This document shows positions 12,571-25,640 of a stretch of 64,000 nucleotides of DNA, one piece after another. The DNA comes from Takakia lepidozioides. Its lineage: Eukaryota; Plantae; Bryophyta. The notes below the pieces were generated by a model, which worked only from the letters and a program-made list of their open reading frames with translations, was not told where the DNA came from and did no database searches. The position numbers were made by a program, and so were the translations under genes. Position 1 is the first letter of the stretch, and every line of letters begins with the position of its first letter. The stretch spans positions 58,280,001 to 58,344,000 of the forward strand of contig CM060731.1 in assembly GCA_030704615.1 (NCBI GenBank), written 5' to 3'.

Positions 12571-15500
12571 TTTCCAGTGGTTTCTTGATGGTATACAACA
12601 CTGGTACATCTTGGAGGAGCGATTGTGATCCAAGTCCCGGGGAGCTTTGTGTAGCTTAAAAAACTTTGATCTCTGTGTAGACCTCTGTCCTAACACCTTG
12701 CAATGCTACGGCCTCTTCTTATGTCCTGCACCATGCTTCGAGCTTGAATTTGAATTGTTTCTAAGTGCTAATTGAAATTGAGCACATGCTTGCCTGTAGC
12801 TTATCTTGGTGAGACAGAGAGAGATGATCTAGAGACACAAATCTGTTCAAGAAATTCAACTACCTGTAGAGAGCCAAGGAAATACTTCTATTTATCCGTT
12901 TTGGTCAAGTGGTTAGACTAGACAGATTGCACCACACTTGGTTCTCGACTCGCACAGCTCGGATGGGGAGCGAAGGACCCCACCACTTTGTACTCGTGCA
13001 TGGAGGGAGCCATGGCGCATGGTGCTGGTACAAGACAGTGGACCTATTATAGCGTGCAGGACATAAAGCAACAACTGTTGATCTGGCTACTTGCGGAATC
13101 CACACCGCCAAGTGTATAGAAAATATATCGGACTACGATCAGCCTCTGATGGATACATTCACCTCCTTGCCAAATTCTGAGAAGGTACAGACTGAAATCA
13201 TAACCAAATTGCGTGCATTGAATTAGTTTATACCATCTCGGCGTGGCCGACCTGAAGAGTTTTTCCACAAGGAGGTTATGACCATTTCCCTTAATACGTA
13301 GGAGGCACTTATTTCGAATTTCCCTGCTAGAGAATAAACTTGTGGCGGGAATTTGGTAATACCACATGAGCAAACTTGAAAATTGTTCTACATTTCCACT
13401 TGAAAACTGGAAATGAGGAAATTTGATCGATATTTCCATGTGAAAACCTGACTGAGGAAACTTGTTCTTCGTTGGAAACGCTAGAAACCCTGAACTAATT
13501 ACATGCACAATTCTCATGGCTGCATCTTTGGATACAATGTAGGATTTCAGTGTTCTAAGGTGAAAAGAAACCAGTGTGTACTCTCCCAGACGAGGAGCAT
13601 AAACAGTTTTTGGTATTGTGAAGTAACCACTACTGCATAATAGGCAGCTGCCACACCATCATCTGTCCGAAGTAGAGAGGAGTTCCCAGGAGAAGGTTCC
13701 CCTGTTAAAAGCAGAGAGGTATCCCCACCGGAAGGCTCCCCCTCAGCTTTTCGCCTCCTAAGATCAACTGAAAAATCACCGTTACCATTACCATCTTCAT
13801 TTATGTTGCAGGCCAAAGAGCCTTGGGAGCTCTCAGGATTCATCTTGTTGTTGTCCACTAACACTTCTGACCCTTGGCTGGTTGCAACCTTATTTTCCCT
13901 CAATACTCGTCTTGCAGGGCCTGCACCAACAGAATAGGCAAAGTAATGGTACTCTCCTTTGTTAACACATTAATTGGGTCTCTTTTCCACCTCTTCAAGA
14001 ACTCGCTCCCTCTCTCGCCCTCTCTCGCCCTTGCTCCCCCTCCCTCCCTCCCTCACACAAACAACAGCTTATGGGTACATTCTCTCGTTCACATGGAGAT
14101 GAAGCACCCATCGACAGCATCCCAACATTCTCAACCCATGGCAGACGAAGAGTTATAAACAGTGGTCCTGTACATGCACTAATGAGAAGGGGGGTGCCTA
14201 TCCTTCTAGCTTACCAGAAAATTTGGGTTTAACACGCTTGTAAAGCTTGGGGCACGTAACAACCACAACGGGAGCTCCAATACCAGAACTAGATTCCTTC
14301 ACCACGACACTGGGAGAGAAGGATGTTGATTCCGAACTGTCTCTTCCACATTTCTTTCATCCAGTACAGGCCAAACGCCACTGCTACTCCCACTGCTGCT
14401 GTTGCCAGTGATGTGGGAGCTTTCATTAGTATCATTCATTGCTTTTCCACACATGCCTGTATGTAAAGTCACAGTTGTCATGTTTCCCCCACTGAGGTTT
14501 GCAAGACTAACCTCACTCGCTTCTTCTCCATTTGGCATGTTTTTCCTGACTTGAAACAGGCTCAAATTGACCCCATCATGTTGTCTGTCATTTGTGTCAT
14601 CTCGCATTCCGTTTCTGTTGTCTTGCCTTCGCTCCTCTGTGAGAAAGATGCTAGCTGCTTGTAACAAAGTTCACATCAGGAAGGGAATATGCATCCAATA
14701 CTTAAATGAGCTTTCCTAGGTATTGCACCCTATGTGGTCAATAAGTTACTGATAGTAGGAGGTTTGTGAGAGTAGTTGATTGGGCATGAATAACTGACCT
14801 ATGGCATCATCATCCTCTGGAGGAGGAGTCCCCTTTTTGTATGGTGTGCCATTGCTGCTTCGAGAAAATTTTGATGAAGATAATGCCTTCACATGAGAAC
14901 CAAATCCACTGCCTCTCTCACATCCATTCGACCCTACAGACAATGAGTGGGGCAAGACCGACCCAATTGAATTCATGGAGGGTGGTTCCCGCAAGCGCCT
15001 TTGACTCTCATCTCTCAACCTGTCTATAGTCCGGCCTCGTGGACTAGAGCTGAGTAAGTGAACATCACAATAAATTTCAAGCTTGCTCCCACTAGCCGTG
15101 CTTGCTGTGAATCCCCGACTTCCCAAGTCCGGCACTGAGGACGGTTCATGTGTTTGTACATATTTGTGGGATAGGTGCTTTTGTCCACTGGCACTTTTAG
15201 TTGTCCCAATCTTTCTTTGAATGTGTCCAGTTTTCCAAGTGTTGTCCTTCCCTTGGAAAGATCTAAAGAGACTAAGTTGACTCTGTCCTTTTCAAGAGCT
15301 CCTAGGCTTGCCTTACTTGCTGGCACTGACGTAGCTCCCTGCTTGTTTTGAACACCAGTAAGATGAAGCAACACAAACCATTCAGTATAAGTAGAGGACG
15401 AGGGGCAATTGCTGGAATAGTGTAAGGGGAGTCCAACTTGTCTGAAAGCCCTGGCGCCAGTCTTTGCCAAACCTTCATGCGCAGGAAGGAAATGCGTTAG

Positions 15501-16397
15501 ATGAGCATGACACCTCCCATGCTGCCACATAAATCTTCTCAATAAAGGTTGCATATAATATATGCATATAACCTCCTTAGAAGTCTTTCGCCAAAACCAT
15601 AGACTGCTTTCCATCCAAGTCACAGTAAATGCCAACAATGTGGACAAAATGAGAGAACTTACAGCAGCCACAGTCTCGGCATCCACCTCATCTTTCCCCA
15701 GATCCTCTGCTGCTACTGTTTGACACACCCAGTTCTGGCCCCTCTCAAAAAGTTGTGGTTGTTATGATCAGAGATATTCACAAACTGAATGTGCACACAA
15801 CGTCCAGACACAACTCCCCGCAGTCTTTGAGCTGTTCTTTTCAAAGGATGACATCCTGTAACAGGGAGCTGAGAGTTCATGTAAGGGCTTGTATAGACAT
15901 CAATGTTGTACACAAGGGATTCATGCAATGCTCCTCTAGCTCCCACTCTCACACAGATATGCGACTGTGATATGGGATGTGCTGAGGCAGAGCACATTGT
16001 GACACAAAGGGAGAGCTAGAACCTTTGAAGCTACTCACCCTGAAATAGATGTGGAATGTTGTTGACACATGCATGCCATTGCTTGTTGGAAAGTGCCCAC
16101 CCAAAGGACTGCACATCCAAGCACACTACATTCAAAGCTATCTTTTTGTGCCTATCATGCAATCCCAACCACAAGAGAAAATATAAATCCTGTACATCAC
16201 CACAGAAAGGTATGAAGACACCAAATATGAAGACACACAGGGCAACATGAAATATGGAAAACACATTGCCCTTCCGTTCAAGATGGAAGCTACCATTCCC
16301 ACAAACTGTCAATGATTGGTTGCCCGTCCAAATGATCTTTGGATAGAATCTCATGAAACGAGTACAAACATCAGAATGATTGGTTTGTTTGTGTACC

Positions 16398-19300
16398 TCA
16401 AAGTCCACCCTCAAGAAAAGTTCGGCATTGTGTAAGCAAACGTGTGCGACGGTCGTTATCTTGCAACTCATATGCAATATTGTAAGCTTGTCCCTGAGGT
16501 GCCTGATCTATTGCCATGAACTTGTGCAGGATGCAATCTATTGGTCGAATGCAAGAGGAGTCAAATGGAAACATCCTGGCTTTAAGAATGACGTTCATCC
16601 CAGTCACTTCATCAACAAGGTCGACAAGTGCACGGTTGGGTCCTTGCACAGCCTGCAAATGCAAGTAATAGTCAGCAGCAAAGTAGACTGAAACCTCGCT
16701 CCTAAAATCATGACTGAAAATCGTTCTGATTTTCGCTTTGAAGGGTGGTCCATGAACATCATCTGGCTTAACAACTACATCATTGCCCACTTTGTACAAG
16801 ACACCCCAGAGCATGATGGAGTTGAATTTGCGGATTGCGGATGTCCATTCCTCTTCCCTCCAAGAATCTCTTTGTTGCTCCGTGATATGCATGCGCAAAT
16901 ACTCATCAATTTCAGGGGCCGCAATTTCACCCGCAACAGCATTTTTTCCTATTAGAATCCCCTTGAGATGCACCATTGCAGCACAAGCGCTATGAGTCGT
17001 GTTCCTTAGTAGTTTTGTGACTTCCTTTGCCCTTTCGATGGAAGGTACCCTCATGGCACACCTGTTGTGCCACGGAGGACACCGAAACCGTCCTTCAATC
17101 TCCCAATCAACTCCTGTTCATCAAAGGAAAAACTATGTGAGAAAAATTTCGGACAAGATGCGGAAACCAAGTGAAGCTGGGCAGCCAACAAGCTCTAGAC
17201 ACCCTCAATTTGGGTACAAAAACAATAAACATGTGCAATTACCTGTGGGACAAACAAGATGTTTGTGTATTAGTAAAATGGCTCGCTGGTCCATCTGGAA
17301 GCCATCTTTCTCCTCGCTAACCCGATCCATCACACTGCTGAAAAGCCTCCGTGAATAGTACTGAATGAAGGTGGTCTCCATGAACTTTTCGTTCGTCTTT
17401 ATTCTTCCATAGCGCGAGACTTCGCGCTCAAAAGCAAAGCACCAGTACACATCATTGGGCCCAAACCTAAGAACATCTTCTAGAATATGTGCAGCACCTG
17501 CAACATGTTCTAAAGGAGCACCATTGGGTCCATCCAACTCCTCCGAGTGCACTCGCTATGCTTGGAGGAGGACACGTACAGCATCAAGGTCCTCTACCAT
17601 CCATCCCTTCCTCCTTGTCCAATTAAAAAAATAATGAGAAATATCCACAAGAATGAACCCAATTGTCCACCTGCTCTGAGATATTCGTCCGTGCAGCAAA
17701 TTAAGGACGTGCGGCAACATCCATTGAACGAAATGCTGATTTTCTTCAGCCATGTATGCAGAATGCCTCTCTACAAGATTAGTCGGCCACCTGCCTTGCT
17801 TGAGTTCGTACGGTCATGTGCTGGTGACGCATTTGCATATACGTGTGATCTCTACTAATGGCGCAGAGGCATCTTGGAGGCCAACCACTTTAGAGAATAG
17901 CTTGGAGATGAAGTGTTTGAAGAGGTTCAAACCTGCAATATGCATCATATCGTAAACTAGATCTTGAGAGATGTCAAACGCATAGAGGTGGTACAACCGC
18001 CAAAGACGTGACTCTCCTGAAACACCACTCTCACGTCCAAGCTGTTCTCGAACAGCATTTGTGGATGCACGTTTCCACTTTCGAACACCCTCAAGCAATT
18101 CCTGAACAGATCGTCGTCGAGGGACATCATGAACTTGCAGACGGTTATGATCATACATGTACTGACCACCCACCAAAGTAGAATGCATTACGCACCTCCT
18201 GCAGCCCCCTTTACCAGATGCCTTCAACATTCCAATCTTGCATTGGGCAGGATGGTCTCCCATGAACAACATCAACATGGCCCTTATAACTACGGGCCCT
18301 TCCTCCGTTGACAGATGTCTGCTAATCAAGCGTGGAGGATATCGGAAATGGGTTTGAAATCCATCTACAAACATCTGCTCCAATTCCTCCATGAAAGGTT
18401 GTAAAAAGGAGGCCCTTGAATCCTTCACCCTGTCCAAAATAGCCTCTTGACATGTGTTGAAGGGAATGAACAACACGGGCAACAAACTAATGGAACTTCC
18501 CTTGCCTGCGTTCAAGATATTTACTTCTAGTACCCAACAATTTCTTGAATTGCGTCTTGTTGTCAAAAAGCCATCCCAATGGGCTCCCAAAGCGATGTAC
18601 CTTGGGTCACCCTTACACATTTTCTTTGGTGCTACAATGCTGCCTTGACACCGCCAACATTCAAAGTCATACACCGCTCTTACATCGTCCCAACCACGCC
18701 TCAAGTATTCAGACCTGCTTGGAAATGCATTGTACACCATTCTACAAGCTGGATTAGGGCACTCTGTCGGTAACTCCCACTCCTGCTCTGGGTTCCAAAT
18801 TTTTTGATAAACCCTCATTTTTTCACCATCCCAGAACTCTTCCAACCGAGCAGGGGCGTCTGTCACATCCCTGCCCATCCAACGATCACGGTTTCTCCAG
18901 AGGGTCAAGATCTCTCTCCAATATGTTTTCGAGTGCATGATAAGGTCCAGTTGCTCCGCAATTGGGAGGTAATCAAAGGCAACCATGTCCTTCCTCAAAG
19001 TCCCACAATCTGCACATCGCTCGGCACACTCCAAACAATCGCGTTTGTTCTTTGGTGGATTGCACCCACAACTTTGTACTTGGCCAGTTTTGTAATTATC
19101 CTCCATGCTAGGTATGTAGACATTAGCAGCATGTGCAAATTCCTTGGTACCCACACACATCCTCCATCTTCTTGCTTTCACCATCCCTAACTCCTTGTAG
19201 GTTTCCAACAACTTGTCCCACGATGAGGGTGCTTGGATCCCATCCAAGTCTCCGTTCCAATCTGCAGGCATTTGTTTAAGCAACTTCCCCAAAGTCTGCT

Positions 19301-19733
19301 CCCCAAGTGGAGTCTCACGCCTGATGTTGAGCCCCCCAAACAACTCTTTGAGCATAAAGCCATGTAGTTCGATGGACATGCCACTGCTGTCCCATACCCC
19401 TTGCACTGCTATGAGCCGGGTCAACAAGGCAGAAGCCAATGTCATCGGGGTACCAACATTGTCCTCCAAATGCTCAATTTGAGCCTCCTCCACAACTTGA
19501 ACATTGTCTACCAATTCTTCATCATCACCTAATGTTGTCCCTTGAGAAGACAACTCTTGTGCCTCTACATCTTGTGAGCTAGGGCGATCGATTCGTTCAT
19601 CTAAGTCAGAAATGCCATCCCTCCATGCATGAGCAGCAGCTGTGTTGTGGCTAACTAGTCTTTCTCCCTGTGCAGTTTGTTTGCACTGCATACATCGGCA
19701 CCAAATTCGTCTGTCCCGGCCTTGCCTCGACAT
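16398..19733 (-). pseudogene. En/Spm (CMC)-type transposase; exons 19733-17243 and 17113-16398, ~1070 codons, two in-frame nonsense codons
   Basis: N-terminal IWCRCMQC..H (transposase-associated-like), HWDGF, GDHPAQCK..GCRRC, YDMMH, H..EDVLRFGP..YWCFAFER. ORFs 17814-19733, 17556-17753 and 17205-17552 share one frame; a GT-AG intron links to ORF 16398-17054. Confidence 0.85.
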
Positions 19734-19985
19734 TCTTAAATACCTTTGATCAAATCTCTATCCCTCCAATGTCTGCAATCGACACTGTTCCACGCACTGT
19801 CTCCTTCCCGCCCCACTGAGTTTGCTCACTCTGAAATGTTGCACAAGTAGGGATTCACCTCCAATCGCCCTCCTTCCTTCCGAATGCTTAAACCTCGAGC
19901 TGAGTACAAGTACTTGAGCCCTCACTGACTGAATAATCAAAACAGGGCTGATGGACTATCTCAAGTATCTGTCATTGAAGTGTAC

Positions 19986-20058
19986 CTGCGACATTGCACC
20001 TGGAAGATCATTGACCCAGTGAAGGCCCAAAGAGCTGATCACCACATCCAGTGAACTG
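19986..20058 (-). pseudogene. Captured exon of an NDUFAF5-like SAM methyltransferase
   Basis: SSLDVVISSLGLHWVNDLPGAMSQ followed by a GT donor; resembles the NDUFAF5-family motif from memory. Confidence 0.7.
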
Positions 20059-23000
20059 CTCCCTCCATATGCAAGCCACCCACATTCAAAATTGCATGTT
20101 AGAGTGGGCATGCAAGTGACCCAGAATCTCAGAAAACTAACCTCTTCAACGTGAGGGCCATCGTTGTAGGCAAAATGTGCAACAACAATGTCTTTGTTTC
20201 TTGTTATGTTCACACTAAACCAGAAAACAATCTCTGACCATAAGAAGAAGCCATACAGCCCTCAATACACAACGGGAGAGCCCAGCTAGTTTGGGTAATT
20301 CCAATTGTGGTGCTCCATAAACTGAATGATAGCCCAACAAATACAGAAAAATACAGAGGAAGAAGGGGCCCCAAGGGCATGGGACAGACAGAAGTTTGTC
20401 CCAAATATGCAAAGTAAGTTTTTGTAGAATCAGGACAGCCAGATTTACCATGATTCCAAGATCATGGAAATAAACCAAAGAAGGCAGTATTGCGTCTGTG
20501 TGGAGTGCAGAAGAGCTCACAGGGGCGTACAACGGTAGACAAGACAAAATCTTGCTTGGATGGTGAAAATTCTGAGAAGGCAGCAGCTATCAAGCCTGCA
20601 AAACATGTCAATGTTGCCCCTCGAACCTGTATCCAAAATCATCACCAAGCAGTTTTAACCAGATGTAGATTGACAATATACATTGAGCCATGGTAACTTC
20701 AAATTCATGGCGCATAACTATTGAGGCCTCCGTCCAAGTTGCTGTCAGGTCCTACAATGCAGACTCCGCAGGATGTGCCATAGGAACGCCTGCCAACCAT
20801 ACATAGCAATCCTTGTTGTATGCCCAAAACACATAGTCTAAGTTGATAGATCTTGATCCTATAAATATGGTAAGAGTTGATCGCAAGTACCATTTTTTGC
20901 AACTGCCATTGCTATCTCTGTTGGTACATTATGGGCATTCAATTCAGCCAAGAATGAGCATGTAACCTAAGCAATCGTAAAACTGGCATGGGCACATAAA
21001 TTCCATACCCCATAGCTCTGGCCACAGCTTATAATGAGAGGACTCACCATGGGTGCCGAATGTACTAACACAGGGGGTAGATGACGATCTAAGACTTCTA
21101 GCCACTGGGAGCTCCCAGCTTCCTCCCCGGCTTCATTGATTGTGGTCTGACAGCTTTCCAACACTGAGAGACTCCACTCTACATTGCGGCTCTAAGGGGT
21201 CACTCAGCATCTGTAGGGGTTATGCTGACCCACTGCCATGAGCGCGGGCTGAATTGGCAGGATGTTGATATCTATGGTATGCCCCTTTTACCCCACATCG
21301 TACCTTCTTTTCGGGGTTACAATGTTTCAAAAAGCTGGACAAAATTGGTTTCCTATCCTAATCTAGGACTTCCATGCCCGTGCCTTCCGGTCAGCCATCG
21401 CAGCAGGGTGACCCCCCACCCATGTCTGGGAGCCGACCGGGTGGACACCTGCACGGGAGCCAGGTGGGATCCTTCCAAAATGGATGAAGTACCCAACCCC
21501 TTGAGAATGGATGAACTAAAAACTTTGTAATGGATGATGTTAAAAAAATGGATAGAGATGGCGGGAGGTAGTCGCGCCAGGAACAATGGCGGACAAGAAG
21601 AAGAAGAGCATGATGACCAGCGCTATGGGATTTCGGTTGTGTTCAGGAGCTGGATTACATGAGCTTTTGTTTTTTTACGTATCGTGTCATGAAAGATGGA
21701 GTATGAGCTGGATTACATGAGCTTTTGTTTTTGACTTATCGGATGCTAGAGGATGAGTTGCTGGAGGTGCCTGGAGGACTCCAATGAGATTCAAAGTTCC
21801 GCACTGCAAACCAAGTTCTAATAACCCTCTGGAGGTATTTTATCTCCTCTAGCTCATTTAGGATTGGAGTTTGAGATCATGTGTCCGTTGTAAGCGTTAC
21901 CAGGGCAAGGAATGAGAATGATGAATCTGTATTGTGATGAATCTTGAAACCCTGGAATTTAGCACTGTCCATGTTGGTTTAAAAGGTATAATTGTGATAC
22001 TTTAGTGAAATGAGCCTGAAAGATCCACTGGTGTGAAACTCAACTGAAACTTGACAAAGGAGTTGTGCATTTAAAAAAAAATCCTGTTGCTGGGGCATTG
22101 CCTGCTAATTCAAAGGCTGGCACCGACGACATCCAAAATAGCATCATCCTGATCCTGTTGATGTATCCCTCTATCTAACCTAACGTGGGCTAAGGTGAAC
22201 AATGATGAGCAGCTTACAAGGTTTACAACTCAAGTCAATTCCATGTGTGGTTACTTAAATCCCCCTGGAGTAGCAAATCTTCTCCTGTGAGCTACATCTC
22301 CCGCTCTCCGTTGCCAGGGAATATGCTCTTAAATCGCCTTCCTGGAACATTAAACTGGCAATTATGTAAGAATGCAAAGATAATCCCAGCCATATTGTGA
22401 ATGAAAGGAATATCATGCATGGAAAAAGTGTAGGGGCGATTGCCTCGATATCATGCCAATTTGTGATCGGCATGTAATCAGCCAGTAATATACCTTACAG
22501 TTGACTCCTCTCTCTACCTGCTCTCTTCGCTAGTACTTACATAGTGATGATGTTTGATATCATTGTGTGTTTTAACAGGCTCATGGTCTGACTAAATGGA
22601 TATATGCTCATGAATAACAAGGGAATTATAACAAATGCCTGGCGATGCATGCTCAAATTCCCCCCAAGTTTGAAAACGAATACTCTCAGTCTTCCTGCTT
22701 CCTGCTTCACATTTCAAGCCCTGAAATGTGGGAGACACCTCTTTTAGCCAAGACTAATGGAATTTTTTGGTTGCAAATGAAGCAACCCCTTGTACCAACA
22801 TCTCTTCTATTCAATGAAGAGGATGTTGAAGTGCATACCAATTACGAAAAGCTACGCATGGAGAACATCAAGAGAAACAATGCGAAGTTGCACGAACTGA
22901 ATCTACCGCCCTTGCAACAAGCTTTGAAGAAACCTGCAAAGACTTCAAACAAGGTGCCTTAATTGGACCTATTCCCTGCTCATTCAGGTTCTCAAATAAA

Positions 23001-23364
23001 TAGGGTAAATGATCCCGTTTAGTGTCCTAGCTGCCAGAGGTAAGGTACGTACTATGCAGGAATGCCAAACAGTTTGCATTTCGAGGGGTTATGAGTAGTT
23101 GTCTTGACTCGTAGCCATCTTCTTCTTCAAGTTCAAGAAGTGGCTGAGCAGGAAGATGGGCAGCTTTTGGCATCATGGCATACATGTCAAAGTTGGCTTC
23201 TTACCATTCCAACTCGGTGAATGGGTTTAATTGCCTCAAACTCGTTTTGACCTAGCTGTTGCTACTTTTCTTCATTCTCTCTCTCAACTTCTGCACTGTC
23301 CATGTCATGTGTGTTTTTTTAGGAATGCTTGCTTTCAATCCTTGTGCAGCATTTTTGAAAGATA

Positions 23365-24060
23365 TTAAGGTATTATCTCAGTAGGCCGTCCGTCATCACC
23401 AATGGTCGAAGCCGCTTGTGATGGAGAGCACATTTCCTGGACAAGAGCTGGGCGCACAAATATCCTCCCCCTCCCCCTACTTTGGTCAAACATGATTAAC
23501 CGCTTCTGACATGCTTGAGAACAATGCACTTCAAGGGCATCTGCCAGCTTAGCTGATTTACCATGAGGGTCAATTCCTAGCATCCCATCCACTTTTCTAG
23601 GAAGCTGTGCGCAAGCTTCAGGCTTTCCTTGCGGCATATATCGAGCAATTGGACCTTGTGACATGTCATGCTTTGACCCGCATTTGCCCGAAAATGGGTT
23701 ACCCAAGATAATAGCCTCTTTGTATTCGCTGCATTGTTGTAGGGAAGTAATTGGTGTCAGCCCTGGCACTGACCCTGCAGGGCACCCCGAACTGGGTGTC
23801 AGCAGCTCCTCAAACTTGCCAGATAGTTGAGCGGACGACTTCGTAGGCCACTGTAATGTCTGGAGGGGAGAGCCTTCAGTAACTGCTGATTCTTCACCTT
23901 TGGAATATGCAGCATTACTGCTAGAGGGAACTACACAGGGCTGGGCGGAAGCCTGGGACAAGATAGCCTTAGGTCCACCTGGGGATGTGTGCCTGTGCAA
24001 ATTGCCAGAAAAGGGTTGGCGAGGAATCTGTTTCTCCATAGACAGACTCATTGCACCCAA
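23365..24060 (-). pseudogene. Captured N-terminal fragment of a SAC51-like bHLH factor
   Basis: CQKRLIMFDQSRGRGRIFVRP resembles the conserved QKRFLxFDQS motif of SAC51/SACL proteins. The fragment is truncated before the bHLH domain. Confidence 0.55.
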
Positions 24061-25448
24061 GTACTCTAGAAAGATCTGGAATCACAGACTCTCAGCAGAC
24101 TCAACCTTCAGAAAGCCACATCTCTTGCACCAGACACCACAAACAGATTTCAAGCATTGGCCCATCTAACACAAACAATAACACTGTGCCGACTAGTTAA
24201 TCTGTCCTACCAAACTGAACTTCTCAGTGAACTGGGAAAATTTGATGTGGTTGCAGTCCTATAGTGCTGATGCCTTCAGCTTGAATGTGTGCAATGTTGA
24301 TAAAAGACAACTGCGTACTCATTTGACTTCACTTTAGACAGTTTTCAAAGATGTCTGCAAATAGCCGGCAATGCTTGCTTCCAGTTTCTAATTATGTTCT
24401 TTTTGAATCACAATCAACCCTAAAATATTGGAAGTATTTGGCACCTCAAATACTTAGAAAACGCGGAAATAGACATCCTTTCTCTTCACGAGCATCAGAC
24501 TGCATGGCGCAGTGATTAGTCGTGACAGCTCAAAAACCTAGAGACATGGGCTGAACTAAACATAGTATTAACTCTTCTGAATTTATCTATCGTGCAGCCT
24601 GTGGTTATTACCAACATAGAACACCCACAGAAAAGGGTTGAGCTGCAGCGGTTGCAGATCCTCCAGCAGCTGCAAGCCTTAGCTCAAGAAGGTGATGCAA
24701 GTGCTGCTCAAATCTTAGATGCCACTGGGCTAAAAGCTTGGAATTGTGACTAGAAGAGCAGATCATCATGTGAGGCATCTGAAGGAAGCATTATGAGTAC
24801 TATGCCACAAGCAAAAGGATGTTTGCTAGAGGTGCCCACATACAATGATATCTTCAACCCCCCTGCTAGCAGATTTCGGGAGACAGGAAAAAAGTATGGT
24901 AAGGAGTGCTTGCGTAGGACCTGGCACACACAATATCTCTCTTTCATGCATAATAGAAAGATTCTGAAAGCATGGTTGGTTGAGGCTGGGTTTCTGACTC
25001 ATCCTCCTAACCTTCGGGAGGATGTTGAAGCACACATCGAGGTCAAGAAGTTGATTGAGCAGAAGTGCTCAGACATGGCAGCTCTCAATTTTGCATCTAT
25101 AACATATAGATGGCAACCCAATGATATCTACGAGGCCACCAAAGAAATCTTACATTACTGGAAGAAGAAAAACACAGTGCAGTCTGCAAGCTCGATTGCT
25201 CCTTGCAGCCCATGTCCTCCCCGGTTGGATCCTGTTTCTCACACTGATTTTCAGGTTTTAATCTGAACATTGAATTGAAGCAATATGTATGTCTACTACC
25301 ATTAGTACGTTTGTCAAATTATGCATGCTTAGAGAGTTCGTATGTTTCATTTGTCTTTAGAATTCATCTTTGGCCACTGCATCTGAATTGGTCAATTGTA
25401 AATTGAGAATGTAAACTCAACAGAACCGTGGCTGGAATTGCAGGTTGA

Positions 25449-25640
25449 GATGGCATTGGATGACGTAGTGGATGGAGCTGTCCTCAGCCTTCCTGAAGCA
25501 TTCGCTGAGCTCGAGAAAAAGTTGCCAGCTGTGCTGAAGAAAAAGAAGAAGAGGACGATGGCATTGGATGATGTAGGTGAGGGAGCTGTCCTCAGCCTTC
25601 CTGAAGCATCTGCTGAGCTCAAGAAAAAGGTGGCAGCTGC
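25449..25640 (+). repeat. Two-copy in-frame direct repeat (108-bp period)
   Basis: MALDDVVDGAVLSLPEAFAELEKK and MALDDVGEGAVLSLPEASAELKKK. Confidence 0.85.

Noticed and set aside
13050-13052. Rescue of the MES stop codon by U-to-C RNA editing
   Set aside because: Such editing is known for plant organellar transcripts, not nuclear ones.
24060-24180. Conserved thermospermine-responsive uORF upstream of the SAC51-like fragment
   Set aside because: The short ORFs there do not resemble the SAC51 uORF peptides I can recall.
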